Source: a virus
Virus record (IMG/VR): IMGVR_UViG_3300049489_000707
Coordinates: 131,035-163,034 of that record
DNA: 32,000 nt
Direction: 5' to 3' (one strand)
This document shows, one piece after another, positions 29,703 through 32,000 of the stretch. Numbering within the stretch: the first letter of the stretch is position 1; every line of letters begins with the position of its first letter. The notes under the pieces are model-generated. The model did no database searches and was not told the origin of the DNA. It was given only the letters and a program-made list of their open reading frames with translations. The position numbers were made by a program, and so were the translations under genes.

Positions 29703-29911
29703 TTGAATCTGTGTCCGTTTTCGAGGTAGTTCTTGGCCAGGTCTCGCACCTGGGCCGGGTTTGCTTTGCCTTCGAGGTACCTCATTGTAGCGCCGATCAA
29801 CGCCATCAGGCCCATCCCAAAACCATAGCTGGCGCTGATGGCGTTCTTGAGGCGCTCGTCTTCGGCAGCCTGCATCTCAGCTAGGGTGGGTACTCCGTCG
29901 GGGTGTGGCAT
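29699..29911 (-). CDS. Hypothetical small protein with one hydrophobic segment (70 aa)
   Basis: ORF track. ATGA overlap. SYGFGMGLMALIGATM. Confidence 0.5.
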   Translation of the reverse strand: MPHPDGVPTLAEMQAAEDERLKNAISASYGFGMGLMALIGATMRYLEGKANPAQVRDLAKNYLENGHRFK

Positions 29912-30312
29912 CAGTAGAGCTTCAAGTGAGAGGTGATGGGGTCAATCTTCTCGGAGAGGTCCGGGCCGATGGCCACACAGGTCTTGGTGGGCACGCCGTT
30001 GAACTCGGTGGCACCTGAGTCAACGATGATCTTGACGAGAAGGCCAGCCCTGTAGGCGTTGGCGTAGACCTGGATCAGCTCTTCTTCGGAGTCGACCTGC
30101 AGGCAGACTTTGGTGAAGAGGCCCTGCAGCCAGCCTTGCTCGGCATCGCTGAAGCAGGGCTCGTAGTACTCGTGGGCATTGAGGATACGGCCCTTGTACT
30201 CCAGCCGGTCAACCAGCCACTTCATGCTGGCGTGAGCGCCCTGGGCAATCTCCTTGCCCCGGCGCATCTTGAGGTCCTTCCGCATCACGATGACCTGCTT
30301 CACGTTGCTCAT
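29911..30312 (-). CDS. Peptidyl-tRNA hydrolase, PTH2 family
   Basis: ORF 29911..30327 (GTG) trimmed to ATG MSNVKQVIVMRKDLKMRRGKEIAQGAHAS...VDSGATEFNGVPTKTCVAIGPD...HLKLY, the PTH2 pattern. Confidence 0.75.
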   Translation of the reverse strand: MSNVKQVIVMRKDLKMRRGKEIAQGAHASMKWLVDRLEYKGRILNAHEYYEPCFSDAEQGWLQGLFTKVCLQVDSEEELIQVYANAYRAGLLVKIIVDSGATEFNGVPTKTCVAIGPDLSEKIDPITSHLKLY

Positions 30313-30328
30313 GACCCCATGATACACG

Positions 30329-30355
30329 AAAACCCCGGGTAAACGACCCCGGGGT
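30329..30355 (-). terminator. Possible rho-independent terminator (8-bp GC stem, short T tract)
   Basis: ACCCCGGG (30332-30339) pairs with CCCGGGGT (30348-30355). Minus-sense it is followed by TTTC. The T run is weak. Confidence 0.4.
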
Positions 30356-30397
30356 CGGCACGACGCGAGGTTTTTCAGCTACCCGGACGTCTCCGGA

Positions 30398-30790
30398 TCA
30401 ACGCTTGGCCCGTGGGCCGCTTCGTCGTGCCTTGCCCACACGGGAATTCTTTGTCTTTGGCTTGGCGCGAGACTTGCGCTTCTTCTTGGGAGCCGGAGGT
30501 GGCTCAAAGATGAACTCCTGGGGCTCGTTCGACCCGTCAGCCCCGTAGTACAAGTCGTAGTCGATGTCATCGGCCAGCTTTCTGGCTGCCTCATCGACCT
30601 GCTGAGACAGGCCGACCATCATGGGCTGGGTCTCTGTGACGGTCTTGGTCTCGACCTTCCACATGGGTTCAGCGACCGGCGGAATCACCACCTTCTCAAA
30701 GGCCCTCTCACGACTCCAGAAGCCTGAAATGAGAAGGAGCAGTGCTACACTCAACAGACCGAGTAATACTGCTACGAGCGTAAAAATCAT
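30398..30790 (-). CDS. N-terminally membrane-anchored protein with basic C-terminal tail (130 aa)
   Basis: MIFTLVAVLLGLLSVALLLLISGFW transmembrane segment. C-terminal PKKKRKSRAKPKTKNSRVGKARR. Confidence 0.6.
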   Translation of the reverse strand: MIFTLVAVLLGLLSVALLLLISGFWSRERAFEKVVIPPVAEPMWKVETKTVTETQPMMVGLSQQVDEAARKLADDIDYDLYYGADGSNEPQEFIFEPPPAPKKKRKSRAKPKTKNSRVGKARRSGPRAKR

Positions 30791-31254
30791 TTCTTCACCT
30801 TCTTTGTGTTGCGGGTTGACTTCTTCTTGGGCTTGGTCTTGAGGGCCTTGGTAATCTTCTTCTGGGCTCGCTCGTCAAGCTTGAAGGCCTCAGTACGGGC
30901 CAGCTGGAAGTCGACCGTGACCAGGTAGGTGCCTGAGCCCTGGCCAAAGTACTTCCTCATCTGCTCCAGTTCTCGACCGGCAGGTCGACGTAGGTCGACA
31001 CCGTGCTTGAACGCGGCCTCCGCAAACTCAGGGTGCATGAAGGCGATAGCCTGCACCGGGTCGGTGACGTCGGTGATGGTCAGATGGACCTTCTTCTCCT
31101 TGTCCAGCTCCACGATGTCCCCGCGCTGTGGCGGGGCGAGCTGCTCGGGGAAGAGGGTGTTCTGGTGCTCCTGAGTGTCGACCATCTTGGCGTCGGCATC
31201 CAGCTTACGGTCCCAGGGGCTAATGCTCTCTTCGGGTGCGGTCGGGTCACTCAT
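30787..31254 (-). CDS. Hypothetical protein with Lys-rich C-terminus (155 aa)
   Basis: ORF 30787..31278 trimmed to ATG MSDPTAPEE. ATGA overlap downstream. Confidence 0.55.
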   Translation of the reverse strand: MSDPTAPEESISPWDRKLDADAKMVDTQEHQNTLFPEQLAPPQRGDIVELDKEKKVHLTITDVTDPVQAIAFMHPEFAEAAFKHGVDLRRPAGRELEQMRKYFGQGSGTYLVTVDFQLARTEAFKLDERAQKKITKALKTKPKKKSTRNTKKVKK

Positions 31255-31867
31255 TGGTCTTCCTGAACAGACGGGCAAAACGGGTCCAGAGGTTGGGCTT
31301 CATGGCCGAGACCTCTTTCGGGGTGATGAGATGCGCACTGTTGACGACACCACGCTCGCCAATCTCCACCACGTACGTCCCGGGTGTGGAAACTCCAGAG
31401 AGGTTGCTGGTATTGAGCATTGGGCCGATAGGAGTCGAAACGGGCTTCTGGAGCAGCTCGACTTGGCGCTGCATCTCGTCGTTGAGGTCCTTGAGGGCCT
31501 TGCGTTCTGCCTCCAACTCGCTCTTGCGCTTCTGGATGCGCTTGAAAGCCTCGGGGCCGACACGTTCCAGAAGCAGGTCATTGATGTGAACGAAGCTGGG
31601 GGGCGGCTCGCCGGTACGCACCGTGTCCTTCAAGAGGGCCAACTGGGCAATCTCAGGACTGGTCAGCTCCTCTGTCGCCTGTTTGCTTTGCAACTCGGCG
31701 ATGCGCTCCAGAGCCTTGCGCTGATAGTCGTTGAGCTTGTGGACACGGCTCTCCGCCAGCTTGAGCTTGGCCATCTCGGCGATCAGCTCATCGAGCGTCA
31801 TCTCCTCGCTTTCAGTCTTGAGTTCCGTTACGGTGCTGCCAAGTTCGTGTTCAGGAGTCACAGCCAT
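31247..31867 (-). CDS. Hypothetical coiled-coil protein (206 aa; possible N-terminal extension to TTG 31963)
   Basis: ORF 31247..31963. Internal ATG MAVTPEHELG chosen because the upstream 32 codons look non-protein-like. Start is uncertain. Confidence 0.5.
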   Translation of the reverse strand: MAVTPEHELGSTVTELKTESEEMTLDELIAEMAKLKLAESRVHKLNDYQRKALERIAELQSKQATEELTSPEIAQLALLKDTVRTGEPPPSFVHINDLLLERVGPEAFKRIQKRKSELEAERKALKDLNDEMQRQVELLQKPVSTPIGPMLNTSNLSGVSTPGTYVVEIGERGVVNSAHLITPKEVSAMKPNLWTRFARLFRKTNE

Positions 31868-32000
31868 GTGGGTCACCAGGTATGCAGCATGAGCCCCAGC
31901 ATCAGCTGAGACTTGAGAAGAGAGTCGCCCAGGTAGAAGGGCCTGGGAATGGTCATCCGCCAATCAGCGGTCAAGGACAAGTGTGGCACAAGCTGAACTT

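Noticed and set aside
30850-30864. Plus-strand copies of the AATCTT motif inside minus-strand genes (e.g. GTAATCTTCTTCTGG at 30850; also near 1386, 2901, 4230, 11868, 16750, 20502, 24186, 25081, 29482, 29943)
   Set aside because: All are explained by Lys-Ile codons (AAG-ATT) of the minus-strand reading frame. No plus-strand gene lies downstream. They are not counted as regulatory sites.
1-32000. CRISPR arrays, long direct or inverted repeats, integrase or att sites, rRNA
   Set aside because: By eye there is no periodic repeat-spacer structure, no recombinase motif and no rRNA-like stretch. The only repeats noted are the short AATCTT-family elements and the 16-nt identity beside the HNH genes.

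Overview
GC-rich, tightly packed segment of a tailed dsDNA phage or prophage genome, mostly transcribed on the minus strand, with many ATGA/GTGA stop-start overlaps. CDS coordinates include the stop codon. The ORF track shows GTG and TTG starts as M, so several starts were moved to internal ATG or GTG codons. Content: (1) virion-type genes: a tail-fibre-like protein cut by the window edge, several hypothetical structural proteins, a 468-aa protein with an mCpol/GGDEF-like N-terminus, and a 1,488-aa multi-enzyme protein. (2) A plus-strand nucleotide-metabolism operon with dNMP kinase, 5'(3')-deoxyribonucleotidase and an HslV-like Ntn hydrolase, plus ThyX and thioredoxin on the minus strand. (3) A GH108-type endolysin. 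(4) Two HNH endonucleases. (5) Ten tRNAs (nine on the minus strand in two blocks, one on the plus strand) plus one over-long tRNA-like RNA; several have non-canonical anticodon loops. (6) A cluster of HAD phosphatase, metallophosphoesterase and PTH2-type peptidyl-tRNA hydrolase, with a second minimal PTH2-like gene elsewhere. (7) A C39-like cysteine peptidase next to a HigA-N-terminal-like mini-protein. Regulation: an AATCTT-core motif occurs 11 times, always at minus-strand gene boundaries. Several TTGACA/TAnnnT promoters sit 6-8 nt from an ATG, which implies leaderless mRNAs. The most novel candidates are the polyvalent giant protein, the mCpol-like virion protein and the aberrant tRNAs. No CRISPR array, integrase or rRNA was seen. 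All homology calls rest on motif reading and memory, not on database searches.
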